64,000 bases of DNA from Octopus sinensis (taxonomy: Eukaryota), in contig NC_042998.1 of the NCBI RefSeq assembly GCF_006345805.1, forward strand, positions 106,268,001 through 106,332,000. Direction: 5' to 3'. Position numbers and translations under genes: made by a program. Shown one piece after another: positions 26,007 through 39,714 of this stretch (positions are counted from its first letter, which is position 1; every line of letters starts with the position of its first letter). The notes under the pieces were generated by a model. The model did not search any database. It was not told the DNA's origin and worked only from the letters and a program-made list of their open reading frames with translations.

Positions 26007-26862
26007 CATATATCCTTCAATGATTTCCAGTAAGTGAACTAAACTGTCTATAGTCTCAAATGTGTGTTTTCTTATGCTAACCTTTAGCATATGAGGCTGT
26101 GTGCATGTGTATGCATTTATGTGTATGTGTCATTAAGTGAATGCATGCATGTCTACATGGATAGAAATGGTTGTGTGTGTGTGTATGATCACATGTGTAT
26201 CACTATATGTGCATAATTTTGGTGTAAATTCTCCATATGTTTCTAGATAAAAATGCATTGTAGAAGTTATCCATTAGCATCTTCAGCTACTGGAAACATA
26301 AGTGCTGCTTTGTATTGCACCTGCACAAAAATGTAAAATTACACACACCTACACATGTCCACACATAGCTTGTTTAACGAAAGCAATTGCATATGAATGG
26401 CCGGAAAACAGTACCCGTAGATACCTGCAGTAGAAAAAGTTAATAGTGAAGTAGGCATTAACATACTTAATACCAAGAAAATATAAATTAATTGAAACAC
26501 CAACTTTAATGATGAGTAAAATCATTATATTCCTCACAAATTCCAGTTGAAAAAAAGGGAGACAACTTTGGATTTTTAATTCATTAGAATTAGATATGGA
26601 ATGTGGTAAAGGAAAAATCTAGTCTTTAACAATAAATCACGTGTGTGTTTGTGTGTGTGTGTGTGTTTGTGCGTGTGTGCATGCATAATCATATATACAT
26701 CTGTTAAGGTGTAAGTTTCACTGCTTGGTAAAGAAGTTTACTTTGCAATCACAGTTTCACAGTCAATTCTATGACAAGACATTTTTGGCAAGTGTCTTCA
26801 ACTATAGGCTTACATCAACCAGTGCTTTGCGAGTAAATTGTGTGATGGAAATTATAATGAGC

Positions 26863-26906
<44 letters not shown>

Positions 26907-26909
<3 letters not shown>

Positions 26910-27711
26910 ACTACATATGTGGGAAATTCTGTCTGTGGGTGCATTTGTGGAGTTGTTAGCTAACTCCTCCTACATTGTTTTATCAATTTTGATGAAACTT
27001 GACACATGAGTAGGACTCATATCTGGAAACCTCATGGCATACTTAGATATTTGAAAAAAATTGATAATAGGGCCCTTGGAAGGGATCCTTATATATATAT
27101 ATATATCTAATATATTTCATTTTAACAGCCAAGGGAAATAACCTATTCATTTTCGTAAGTCATTTGGTATAAATCAAATTGAGCATGCTTATTGCTTGGT
27201 GTTTGAACTGTTGGAGCTATTTTTGCAATTTATCCAATACAACCCTTAAACAAGTAAATAATATTTTCCTAAACAATAGACCTACTTATTTTGGTTAGGG
27301 ACTTATTCAAGAATATACCAACACTAATACCACTGAGGGTAATATTTTCTGGGAATGCACAAAAGTCCTTTTCAAAGTTATTTACTTTGAATCGTTATTA
27401 TCTCATATCTGATTAGCCTGTTATTAAGTAACATGCTTCATGATTTTAGTATACGTATCTTATTAGTATTTCCTCCTAAGTTCTATATACTCTGGGAATG
27501 CATTAAAGCCTTTTGAGGGCTACTTTATTTGAATTCTTACTATCAGGTAACTGATTTCATGTTATTACATAACTGACTTCACAATTTGGGTATTCATAAC
27601 TTATTGGAAGTTCCTGAAAACAAGATCCTGTGTAAGACAGTTTGGTATTCTCTGTAAATGCACAAAAATCTGTTTTAAGGACTACCGGGTATTACCGGCT
27701 ATGTCAGCTAG
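26907..27711 (+). mobile_element. Non-autonomous Helitron-like element
   Basis: 5' TC after (TA)n; aactcctcc...attttgatgaaacttg motif; ~150-bp internal tandem subrepeats; 3' hairpin ccgg-gtatta-ccgg followed by terminal CTAG. Confidence 0.65.
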
Positions 27712-27973
27712 CATATATATATATAAACACACACATGTATACATATATATTCATTTATCCATTTATTTGCTTGTTTTACATCCACTTTTTCCAGGCTGGT
27801 ATGTGTTAGATGAATATGCTCACTCATTTACAGCCAAATGTCCTTCTTGTTGCTAATTCTTATCTGGCTAACAAGTAAGTGATCTCTTATTCCACAAAGC
27901 TTCAGAAGCATCAAGTGAGCAGGACAGATATAAACAAACACATGTATACATGCACATACAAACACATACATAT

Positions 27974-28055
<82 letters not shown>

Positions 28056-28057
28056 AA

Positions 28058-29410
28058 CTAAAACCTTACTGTGGACAAGGCTGTGTGGCATTTGATTATA
28101 AGTAAATAAATACAAAATACATCAAGTACAGGATATCACCAACAAGTGAAAAATACATAAATACATAAGAGATAAGTATAGGACAAAATACCAAAAGAAA
28201 TACGATAATAACAGGACATCACCAACAAGTGAAAAATACATAAACACATAACGAGAGACAAGGATGGGACAAAATACCAAAAAAAGTCTAACCCCGCCTC
28301 AGTTGTTGACTGTTAATTACTCCCTATTTTGAGCTTTCAATGACAAGATAGGAAACCTTCATAAAACAGCAGCATCTGGAAATTTTTTAAATATAAAATT
28401 TGTGGAGGGTTAGCGCTTCGAATGAACAAACAATGACAGAGTGAATGTACAGAGTAAACAATCAACAAAGACAAACATTAAGGGTCGTTAGGACAAGACG
28501 CATTGTAATGGGTAATGCCTGGGAGAAATACTGAAAAGATATTGAATAAATGGAAGAGGAGAAAATAGAAGAGAAAAAAAAGAGAAAAATGTCAGGAGGC
28601 GAGAAAAATGACATCCAGCTAAATGGACGTCTTGTCCAGAAAAGACAGGTGAGAGAAATGCCCTGTAGTCATGAGGGAGCAAACAGGCAGAGGAGAAGCA
28701 GGACAAGAGAGAGGAGGGAAAGAAACAAAAGGAGTGAGGAGAAGGAAGAAGGAATGAAAGACAGTATGGAGCGAAAGAAAGATAGACAGGGGATGGCAAA
28801 GAAGGAAGGGAAGAACAGAAAATAAAGAAGATTATAGAAAGAAAGAAAGGAAGAAAGGAAGGAAGGAAGGAAGAAAGAAAGAAAGGAAGGAATACAGAAA
28901 TGAAGAAAGAAAGGAAGAAAGAAAGGAAGGAAAGAAGATAGATAGATAGATAGAAAAGGAACAGAGAGTAGAGTCGCAGAAATTATAAATAAAAGTAAAA
29001 ACTTACTGTGGACAAGGCTGCGTGATGTTCAATTATAAATAAATAAATATAAAATGCATCAAGTATGGGACAAACACTAAAAGAAGTCTAACTTCTCCTC
29101 AGTTGTTAACTATTAATTACTCTCTATTTCGAGCTTTCAATGACAAGATAGGAAACCTTCATGAAAGAACAGCATCCAGAAATTTTTTAAATATAAAATT
29201 TGTGGAGGGTTAGAGCTTCGAATGAACAAGAACAGAGTGGATGTACAGAGTAGACAATCAACAAAGGCAGACATTAAGGGCCGTTAGGCCAAGAAGCATT
29301 GTAATGGATAACGCCTGGTAGATTTTGTCCTGTACTTATCTCTCATGTGTTTATGTATTTTTCACTTATTGGTGATGTACTGTACTTGATGTATTTTATA
29401 TTTATTTATT
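28058..29410. mobile_element. Non-coding element with long direct repeats and a terminal inverted repeat (Penelope-like architecture)
   Basis: 28058-28525 repeats at 28992-29318; 29322-29410 is the reverse complement of about 28100-28190; purine-rich spacer. Confidence 0.65.
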
Positions 29411-30295
29411 ATATATACGTATAAATAAAGAAGAAATTAGATGAGAGAATAGATGTTTATGCCATTAGCTTACAGCCAAATACATATTTATATCATGATA
29501 ATGCTAAAACTCTAGAGATGTTTCTGTATGCCTGAAATATCTCAGAAATAGTATATTTTATCCTTTTTTTTTAATATTTATTTTCAAACTTACCTTCGGC
29601 AGTGCAGTACAAATTTTTTTCATACTTGGGACTCTATTTATTAAGGGAAACGATTGAATACAATTTTTGTTTGATATTTTTTGATGGAAAAAAAACATCG
29701 CTTCTGTGATATCAACATACACACACACATATAATGAATATCCTGGAGTGTCAATCGACACAAACACACGTCTACTATCTGTGATATATGCATACATAGT
29801 CTTCGGGCTCTCTAAGTAAAAAAAACATCGATTTTTTGATGTACACAATATTTTAATAATTTAGAAATATTTTTAACTGAATGTGATTTCAAAAACGTAA
29901 GTTGTTTGTAAACTAAGTATTTATATTTTAGCTTTCTTTAAACAGACAATATTTTAATGTTATTTTACAATTATTTTCAAGTGAATTGCAATCTTTCGCT
30001 TATTATCCAGAGTTTGTTAGTTTCCGTGAAAAATTCTTATTTATTTACTTTTGTTTTAAAGTGAAAGAGAGGAGAATATGGAAGATGTATGTATGTGTAT
30101 ATGAAATGGATGTGTTTGAAAGTGAGAGAGAGAGAGAAAAGAGAGAGAGTGAGTGAAGGAGTATGTTGTCATGTATACATACACATATTAATACATATGC
30201 GTACATCTTTTTTGTATGTACGTGCGCATGTGTGTTTGAGAGAGAAAGAGAGAGAGAGTGAGTGAACATGTGTGTTCTCATTTACGTGTAAGTGG

Positions 30296-30358
<63 letters not shown>

Positions 30359-30924
30359 CCATTTCATATACACGTTCATACATATTTCACTTTCTCCTCT
30401 CTTTCACTTTAAAGCAAAAGTAAATAAATAAAAAAAATTTACAGAAATTAACGAACAAAGCCAGCTGACCCAGATGACTGTTCTGAGAGTCAAAGCGAAG
30501 GATTGCCCCAAGGGAATACCATTACAAAGCATTTTTTGAGTGCATTCAATATATCTCAGCTCCAAAGATTTGGCTGCCTTTTCTAGCACATCCTACTACC
30601 ACATAACAGTTATTTGCAATGAAGGACCCAAAATACCTGTTACATGGTGGCAGGGCATGCAAGAAATAGCAGCCAAATCTTTTCTGGGGAAAGGAGCCGT
30701 TTATGCATGATTTCGATGTCACATTAATTGAAAGCATGTGAAATAACCTGGTAAAGACAAAAAACCCACAAAACAAAACTCCATTGCTGGGTAATTCAAA
30801 CTTTCCAGCTGACCCAACAGGTCACAGGTAGTCTAGTATATATATATATATATATATATATATAGCAAAACAGGAAGTTAGAACATTTTTTGGTATTATT
30901 CATTCACTATTACATATCTCTCTT

Positions 30925-31337
30925 TTTTTACTCTTTTTACTCTTTTTACTTGTTTCAGTCATTTGACTGCGGCCATGCTGGAGCACCGCCTTTAGTCGAG
31001 CAAATCGACCCTGGAACTTATTCTTTGTAAGCCCAGTACTTATTCTATCGGTCTCTTTTGCCGAACCACTAAGTGACGTGGACGTAAACACACCAGCATC
31101 GGTTGTCAGGCAATGCTAGGGGGACAAACACAGACACACAAACACACACACACATATATATATACATATATACGACGGGCTTCTTTCAGTTTCCGTCTAC
31201 CAAATCCACTCACAAGGCATTGGTCGACTCGGGGCTATAGCAGAAGACACTTGCCCAAGATGCCACACAGTGGGACTGAACCCAGAACCATGTGGTTGGT
31301 TAGCAAGCTACTTACCACACAGCCACTCCTGCGCCTA
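30925..31337 (-). mobile_element. SINE family A, young full-length copy
   Basis: High identity to 9085-9541 with many CpGs retained. Confidence 0.9.
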
Positions 31338-31419
31338 TATGTTTCCTTTGCTAATAGAAATTACAGAATTGTACATGTTAGATACAAATGTAAGGAATTT
31401 TCTGTTAGAAAATCTTCAG

Positions 31420-31985
31420 ACAGGGAAATTAAATTATATAAATTTTACTTTTGGATAAAGAGTTTAAAGGATGCAATGTCTTGGCAACTAACAACTGGTG
31501 CAGTTTGTTCCATGCTTCAGCAACTCTGAGCGCTAAATAATGTTTCCGAAAGTCATGGGAGTTGTGCTGTTTTCTGACTTTGTAGGCATGCCCACATGTG
31601 TTAGATACATGGAGCACAAAATAGTGCTCAATGTGGTTGTTGGTGCAATGGTTAATAATTTTGTTGGTGTTTACCAAGTCAGTTACTAGATGTCAGAGCT
31701 TCAATTTATCTATGCCCAGAGAAGCAAAGCATTTAGAGTTTGGTAGAAGCTTGATGGAGGGTATACATTTAGTTGCACGTCTCTGAACAGTTTCCAGGAG
31801 GTCAATGTCCTAAGCAAGACAAGGGTTCCAGACTGGTGATGCAAATTCCAAGTGTGGTTGCATCATAGCCATATAATACAGTCTTAAATAGATTCCTGGA
31901 GAGTGACTGACAAAAGTCTTGCTGAGTGATGCCAAGTCACCCTCGGCCTTCTTGACAACTTTAGAGATGTGCTTTGTCCAGCAAG
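31420..31985 (-). mobile_element. CR1-clade LINE 3' ORF2 fragment
   Basis: PHLEFASPVWNP...DIDLLETVQRRATKCIP and TCGHAYKVRKQ..DFRKHYLALRVAEAWNKL. Confidence 0.85.
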
Positions 31986-32919
31986 GGAAGAGGAGGAAGA
32001 GTGAAGGATGGGATGGAGTAGAGGTGAGGAGTGGTGGAGAGTTGAAGGGAGGAGGAAGAGGAGAACTTAAGACTTGTGTTTAACAGTAATAAACAATGTG
32101 AGATAAAATTTTATTAGAGATTTAAGGCACTGTTTCAATATTCCTGAACTTATGCCATCAACTTCATCTTGATACCAGTGAGGGTTGCCTCATTGAGATC
32201 ATTAAAGTAAGAAAAAGTAACCATCAAATCTCTCTCTAATCAGGCCAACCTGTCTGAAAAATGGAAGAGTTACATTAAATATTGTAATCTAAAATAAAAA
32301 TGACTAGTCATGTTTGGAAAGTCTTCCATCACAGGTCTATATAATAGATTGCAGATTTGGTTACAAGCAAAAACTCAGCAAACTTAAATTCAGACATATT
32401 TATTGAAAGCTACTAATTTAAAAAAAAAATACCCTTGAGTGCAGAATGGTTAAGAGCATTTCACACAAAAAAAAACTAAATCTAAATTTAATTGAAAATT
32501 TTGGGTTATGGTTTAATGTACAGTCAGGGACATTTTTGCATTACTGTAAGCATGTTTTGAAGAAAAGATTATTTAGATAAGTCTTTAAAAAATGTCAAAG
32601 ATAATCTCTTAAAAATAAAAATAGAAAAGTGAGCGAGATATGTTTTTTACATAGTATTGTTGCTTGCTTTCCAACACATTTCAAAATCAGGTACTTTTAA
32701 TGTATATTTGAATAACAGAGCATGGTTTGTCACTTCAAGCATATGTCTTAGGCTATAACTGCATGTACACAAAAGCATATATATTTGTGTGTGTGTGTAT
32801 ACATACATACATATATATACACATGTGTGTATACATTTGTATATATACATATGCATGTATGTGTGTGTGTGTGTGCATATGCATGCATGTGTGTGATTGT
32901 GTGTACATATATATAACTG

Positions 32920-33078
32920 CCTCTTGCCTTGGTTTCATGTAGTAGTTGTAAGTGAGTGTCACTGTCATGCAAGCAGCATCCTTCATTTCCAATCTTCCAT
33001 GAAAACATGTCTGGTCATGGGAAAATATTACTTTACTTTGAAACAGGTGGGGGTTGGAGACAGGAAGAGCATCCAGGC
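32920..33078 (+). mobile_element. Old repeat family E with an RTE-type tail (inverted copy at about 45900-46165)
   Basis: gaaaacatgtctggtcat...aatattactttactt...ggttggagacaggaagagcatcc; the reverse copy carries the (CAT)n tail. Confidence 0.6.
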
Positions 33079-33656
33079 TCAGACAGCAAAGGAAAGTGAA
33101 TGTTAAAGCAATGAGAATGTCTACATAACTCTCAGCTGCTTAGACATTTCTTTCATGAGTAGGAATTCATTTAATCAAATATCTGAACATACATCATTGA
33201 GACCAATAAAGAATCCAGCATCACTAATTTCTCACAACTACTTTTCAAATGAATTAATGATGAATAAGCCTGTATACTTGTCATTAAAGTTAATTAATTT
33301 AACTTGTTCCAGAATTCAATAATAACATTAGATCTTAAATAATTAAATTTGTTTTATAATTTTGTTAGTAGTTTATATCACACTATGTGTAATATAGCAT
33401 TGTATGAGATCATCTGAAGTTATGTGCTTGAAAGGTGTGATAACGAGTCTGTGAATTTTTTCTGTTATTTAGTAAAGATTATCATCTTCATTTATGTTTG
33501 TATCTTTGTTAAAAAAATAGCCAAACAAGCTGACTCAAGTCTGTTTCTGCAATGCTATCATGCCTCTCACAAAATGGTTCTTTCGTTTAACTTTGCATTT
33601 GTAGAAATGTATCTGGATTGCTAAAGGGGGTATTTACTTACCTAGCAAGCTAGCTC

Positions 33657-33657
<1 letters not shown>

Positions 33658-33699
<42 letters not shown>

Positions 33700-33888
33700 A
33701 TGTGTTTGCCTGTGTGTGTGTGTGTCTGTGTGTATGCACGCATGCGTGCATGCATGTGTGTATATACATGCATACATATATATACACACATATACACACA
33801 TATATATATATACATACACACACACATATATATATGCATATATATATATACATATATATATATATGCATATATATATATATGCATATG

Positions 33889-33920
<32 letters not shown>

Positions 33921-33926
33921 ATATGC

Positions 33927-33999
<73 letters not shown>

Positions 34000-34015
34000 T
34001 ATGTGTATATATATA

Positions 34016-34055
<40 letters not shown>

Positions 34056-34292
34056 TATATATATTATATATGCATATGTATATATATATATATATATGCA
34101 TATATATATATATATGCATATGTATATATATATATATATATATGCATATGTATATATATATATATGCATATGTATATACATATATATGTATATATATATA
34201 TATGCATATGTGTATATATATATGCATATGTGTATATATATATGCATATGTATATATATATGCATATATATATATATAGAGAGAGAGAGAGA
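33658..34292. repeat. (TG)n plus (TA)n array punctuated by TGCA
   Basis: Directly visible; explains the 205-249 aa YI/CV ORFs. Confidence 0.95.
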
Positions 34293-35639
34293 AATATATT
34301 TTATGTATATTATAATACACCTTTTTAACGTGTCTTTTGTTTTTATGAAGTGCCTTCAACCAATACATGAAACATAATGGCACACAATACTAGAGAAAAA
34401 ATTAGGCTGGCTATCTTTTATCTGGAATTACTGCAGGGTATCAGTATGGTATAATACTATCTCAGCATGTCAGATACATGTATAGACATATATTGATAAA
34501 TACATGCAAAAACGCATGCAAAAACAGTCACACTCACATACATATGGGTACACATTCACACATAGATGTGTACACTCACATATGTAAATAAAATGTTTTA
34601 GTAATGTATATATAGTGATAGATAGAGAGTGAAAGACAGATGGAGAAGATAGTGTGTGTGTGTGTGTGTGTGTATGAGTGTGTGTGTGTGTGTGTACATA
34701 TGTGTGTTTGTGTGTATGTGTGTGTGTGTGTGTCTGTGTGTGACTATACATGTTTTCATAAATATAGTTTATTTATACATGCCATAAATGATTTATATAT
34801 GTGTTTGTACACACACACACACACACACACACAAATACACACATGCATTCACAGACACCCACATGCATAATGCCTAAATATGCATGCTAAGAAAGTAATC
34901 CTTTAAATAAAAGCTTCTAGCATACAGAAGGGGAAAAAACAGGACATTTTTTTTTAATATAGAACATAAATTTTTCACACAAAAGAAAGCATACAAATAA
35001 TGTCTGAAAAGAAAGAGAAAAAAATTAAAAGTGAATAACAGCTGCAACAACAACAACAATAGCAACAACTGCAATGAGAACAACAATAGCAATAATAATA
35101 TTCCTTTTTTTTATTTCATCACCAGGGCCCATTCATATATATAACAGCATGCTACACAAAAGAGGGTTACAAGGATATATGGAGATGAGCATACATGATT
35201 ATATAGAAATAAAGGGTAGAGCAAGGATGTTAGATAACATATCAAGACATATTATAATCTGGTACTAGAAACATAGATATATTACACAACATATATACAT
35301 CATCATCGTCAGCCAATGTCCTATATAAATATATATATATATATACACACACATATATGCACACATATATACATAGAAATATTAATAGATTGTTATAAAA
35401 TGACAATAAATAAATAGGTGGGAAAAAATGACACCTGGATCTGATGAGAACAACCAGTAAACCTCACAAATTTTCACTTCCAAACACTCTAAATGCTCAG
35501 TTTTAAAAGTAGTTCTGAGCAATCCAGGTGTTGATGTGGATAAGAAATATCCTTTATCCTTCTAATTGCTGAAGTATAACTTTGCATAGATTTTTAAACT
35601 GGTTTTTCTTAGCAATCATTTACACAGTAAGAAATTTAT

Positions 35640-36800
35640 AGCCCCTCAAAGTTGAAATTTATTCCCTCCTTAATCTGCAGATTATATTTTCATTCTTCAA
35701 TCTTCATTTCATTCAAATCATTCATCAGTTCCTCATCAACTATTTTAAGGACTGTGGACTTCACACAGTTACAGAGAAAAATGGACTCTTCCTAACCTAC
35801 ACTACTTTCCACTTGATTTCACTCTTTGGGAGCAATTTGGAAGACTCCTTTCTCTTGTCCTTTTTCTTATTTTATTGCTGTCCCTGACAATTTTCTACTC
35901 CGATCCACCTTCCATCAACTCTCCATTGTTGTCACAAGACTATGGGAAGGTACCACCAGCTGAAACAGTTGGGCAGGGACCCCAATTGTCAGCTCCAGGC
36001 ACTGAGGACAATGCAATTTCTTCTACTGTGATCAGAGCTGCAACTGATGATACCTTTGAAACAAAACTTTCTGAGCTCTGATGTTATAATTGCTGCTTCT
36101 TCTGTTGTTTGTTTTCTATCTGACCTTTCAATTTCTCTGGATAAAATTACTTCAAATGATTTTTACTTCCACATTATAACAACTGAGTTCTCTGCTCTGC
36201 ATCATCAGTCTTATCACATTTCTCTTTGTACATGATATAGAGTTCAGCTCTGGTATCGTTTTTGTAGCCTTGGCGGAGGGGAATTGAACCTGCATCTTCA
36301 CACAGACTCCTCCTAACCACAACATATATAAGTCCATATCATTCTATGTGACATACTGTGCTGCGAAGGTAACAATGGCTCAAGGATTCACCAATCTTTC
36401 TTACTATGACCTTCAAGATATGATATGCCATGTACTAGCTTATGGGCCAGTGTGAGTGCACAACTTTAGCCTGCTTTCTTGCCTTATCTTTAAAGACTAT
36501 ACTCACACTACCATATCTCTTACCTTTTCAGTGGAGCATATATTGAGCCATATATCATCTGAAGCTTTCTTTAACTGTTTCTTTGAGGGAATGGGAAAAT
36601 CTCTTCTGGCTTTCACAGAACAAAGGTATATCTCTTTCATCTTTACCAGCTCTTTGATAAATTTTTTGAAGCAAAGGGGCACATGCCTTTGTAACATGCT
36701 GTTGCCATACTTCTTTCTTTGATTGAAACTGATCCAGGTCTTCAACGTCCATTTGATTTTTAACGCAAGCAAAGGAACTGACATTAGTAGCCATTGTGCT
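35640..36800 (-). pseudogene. Decayed gag-like ORF1 of a Tx1/L1-type LINE with a CCHC knuckle remnant
   Basis: Across a 1-nt frameshift reads IRLMMQSRELSCY/CGSKNHLK*FYP (Cx2Cx4Hx4[C]); long frames with scattered TAA/TAG stops. Confidence 0.5.
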
Positions 36801-37213
36801 GCTGCTAATGCCATTGCTGTTGCCGCTGCTATTGCTGCAGCAGCTAGTAATGTTTTTTAATGTCATGCAAATATGCAGCTTTGGGTGTTTGTTTCATTGT
36901 TTTTTTTATTTTTATTTTCATTTTAATTTTGTTTTCTTGTAGTGAAAAAATAGTTAATTTTCATTTAAGGGAGCATATCCAACATTACTTTCTTTCTTGT
37001 GAATACTGCTTATTTCTTCTTCTTGTAAAGAAATTCCTGTTAAATACATCATAAATACATTAAGAAATGGAAAGAAAAAAATATAGTGTCTAAAAGACAA
37101 AACTTTTGCCTACTCTTAGCTATTTAGGATGGTATCTGCATGATTTAAGCCCCTCACAAATTAATCTCAAGAGACACTCATAATCATAAAAACAAATGTG
37201 GTAGCAACAGTAG

Positions 37214-37365
37214 TCCTTTCTCCTATAGGCACAAGACAAAGCCTCAAATTTAGGATGAGGTGACGAGTCAATTACATCAACTCTGGTGCTCAACTGCTGC
37301 TTTAGCTCTAAAAGAATGAAATGGAAAGTCGACCTCAGCAGAATTTAACTCAGAAAGTAAAGATT
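37214..37365 (-). mobile_element. SINE family B, tail type 1 (partial)
   Basis: ctataggcacaag...aaagtcgacctcagcagaatttaactcagaa. Confidence 0.75.
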
Positions 37366-37383
37366 CTAGCAGTTCACCACTTT

Positions 37384-37715
37384 CATCATCATCATCATCA
37401 TCGTTTAACGTCCGTTTTCCATGCTAGCATGGGTTGGACAGTTCGACTGGGGTCTGGGAAGCCAGGAGGCTGCACCAGGCTCCAGTCTGATCTGGCAGCG
37501 TTTCTACAGCTGGATGCCCTTCCTAATGCCAACCATTCCATGAGTGTAGTGGGTGCTTTTTACGTGCCACCGGCACGGAAGCGGCGCTGGCATCAGCCAT
37601 GTTTGGATGACGCTTTTTATGTGCCACCGGCACAGGTATCACAGCTACAATTTCCATTTGATTTTTATTTTGATATGATGTACTTGACTCAATAGGTCTC
37701 CTCAAGCACAGCAGG
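37384..37715 (-). mobile_element. RTE 3' UTR/tail copy
   Basis: (CAT)n, gtttaacgtccgttttccatgctagcatggg, ggatgcccttcctaa. Confidence 0.9.
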
Positions 37716-37749
37716 TCACTTTAACAGTAATAATGATAATTATAATAAC

Positions 37750-38410
37750 AATAGAAAATGATACTGCAAAGATCCTATGGGATTTTATGATTCAGTGCGA
37801 TGACCATGAGATAGAGAATAAGAAACCAGATATAGTGTTAATTGAGAAAGAAAGCAAACGATGCTGGATCATAGATATAGCATGCCCAGCTGACAACAAG
37901 GTATGCAATAAGGAAGAAAAGTCGATAGATATAACAGGTTAGCTTGGGAGGTAGTCATGATGGGTATACTGAGAATTTTATATTTTATCCCAGTGTCACT
38001 TTGATGGCATGCACTGCTCTCTCACCCAATAATAATAATAATAACAGTAATAATGATAATAGCGCCCTTTTGACCCATGAATAGTCAAGAAGGAGGGTGA
38101 AAAATAAATAAATACAACCTTCTTAAGTGCAAAATGACCTGGCTATGGAAAATGGAGAAGGTGAAGATAATGTCAGCTATTGTTGGGTCCTTGAGAACAG
38201 TGTCAGAAGGCATCAAGAGGAATATATAAAGGAAATCGGAATAGAGTGCCGAGTAGAACTGTTACAAAAGATTTGCCTCCTTGACTCAGCCAGAATAATC
38301 AGGAAAGTATGAGATTGTTGAAAAGAACAAATAGCATGGTACCGTAGACTGCAAGCACCAAGCCTGTTGTGCATGCAAGACTCCAGGAGTTCCAACAAAA
38401 CCTGTGATAA
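37750..38410 (+). mobile_element. RLE-type LINE (R4/Dong-like) C-terminal restriction-like endonuclease fragment
   Basis: ENDTAKILWDFMIQCD..IENKKPDIVLIEK..CWIIDIACPAD (PD..D motif) and LLQKICLLDSARIIRKV; flanked by (TAA)n; interrupted at about 37955-38060. Confidence 0.8.
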
Positions 38411-38422
38411 AAAAAATAGTAA

Positions 38423-38637
38423 TCCTTTCTACTATAGGCACAAGGCCTGAAATATGGGAGGAGGAGCTAAGTCAATTACATTGACTTCAGTGCTCAGCTG
38501 GTTCTTATTTCATTGACCCTGAGAGGAGGAAAAGCAAAGTTGACCTTGGCAGAATTTGAATTCAGAAAGTAAAGATGGATGAAATTCCGCTAAGTATTTT
38601 TCCCGGTGGGCTAACAATTCTGCCAGCTCGCCACCTT
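38423..38637 (-). mobile_element. SINE family B, tail type 1
   Basis: Aligns to 8818-9027 over head, body and tail. Confidence 0.85.
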
Positions 38638-38996
38638 AATAATAAGAAATAATAATAAGAAGAAGAAGAAGAAAAATAATAATAATAACAATAATAATAA
38701 TAATAATAATAATTATCGCTGTGAAAACAACATCCATTCATGAATTTATTTATTTATTTATTAATTTTTTAAATACATATTTTACCTGTGAATTTGTGTG
38801 TGTAATCTGGGAATGCATACAATGAGCTTCTCTGCCCTAGGTGTACGGAAAATACTCAGCGAGAAACAGAAGAAAATTTGAAGAAAGAAGGAAAAAATAA
38901 TAATAATAATAATTATAATAATAATAATAATAATAATAAAAGCTCCTGATTTAGGCACAGGACCAGCAATTTTGAGACCAATGTGTTAGTCAATAC

Positions 38997-39303
38997 ATTT
39001 GTGCCAGTGACATGTGAAAGGCACCTACGCCAGTAACTCATAAAAAGCACCTGTGCTGGTGACACATGAAAGACACCCATGCCGAAGACATCCGTGCTGG
39101 TGACACACAAATAGCACCCATGCTGGTGTAAAGAGTACCTTGTACACTCTGTGGAGTCATTGGCATTAGGAAGGGCATGCAGATGTAGAAACTGTAGAAG
39201 GCAAAACAGACTGGAGCCTGATGCAGCTCTCCAGTGTCCCAGCTGCTGTCAAACCATCTTATCCATACCAGCATGGAAAGCAGACACTAAAGAATGATGA
39301 TGA
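38997..39303 (+). mobile_element. Diverged RTE 3' UTR/tail copy
   Basis: Shortened tandem units, ggcattaggaagggcat, gcatggaaagcagac, (GAT)n. Confidence 0.8.
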
Positions 39304-39714
39304 CCCAGGAAGGATAAAAGGGAAAAATCGACCTTGATGGAATTTGAATTTTATATGTAAAGAGATGAGAGATGGTTTCAAAAAGATTAATGGTAATTAT
39401 GATGATGTTATGAAGTGACTATTGTTGATTTTGTTGTTCTTCAATTTCAGATCACCCTGATCAAACAGACTTAGCATCAGGGACAATACAGCTGATATAA
39501 CCATTCTGTATTTTTCTTGGAGTATTTAAGACTACATGACTACATTAACTAATGTATAGCCTTCCCTTTTTCAAGGTGATGCAGTAAGTGTGGTGGGGAG
39601 GAAATTTTGCTGCTATTTTTAGCAGTGCACACGATCGCATAGAGGGGCTTCTTCCTTGAGCTGGGGGGTGGTCATTCGGATGGTGATGGGGATAATGGTG
39701 ATGTTGCTAATGGT

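Noticed and set aside
33634-34383. 249-aa and other long YI/CV/HT-rich ORFs (also 6.5, 13.6, 15.2, 22 and 45.4 kb)
   Set aside because: Translations of (TA)n/(TG)n microsatellites, which lack stops in several frames
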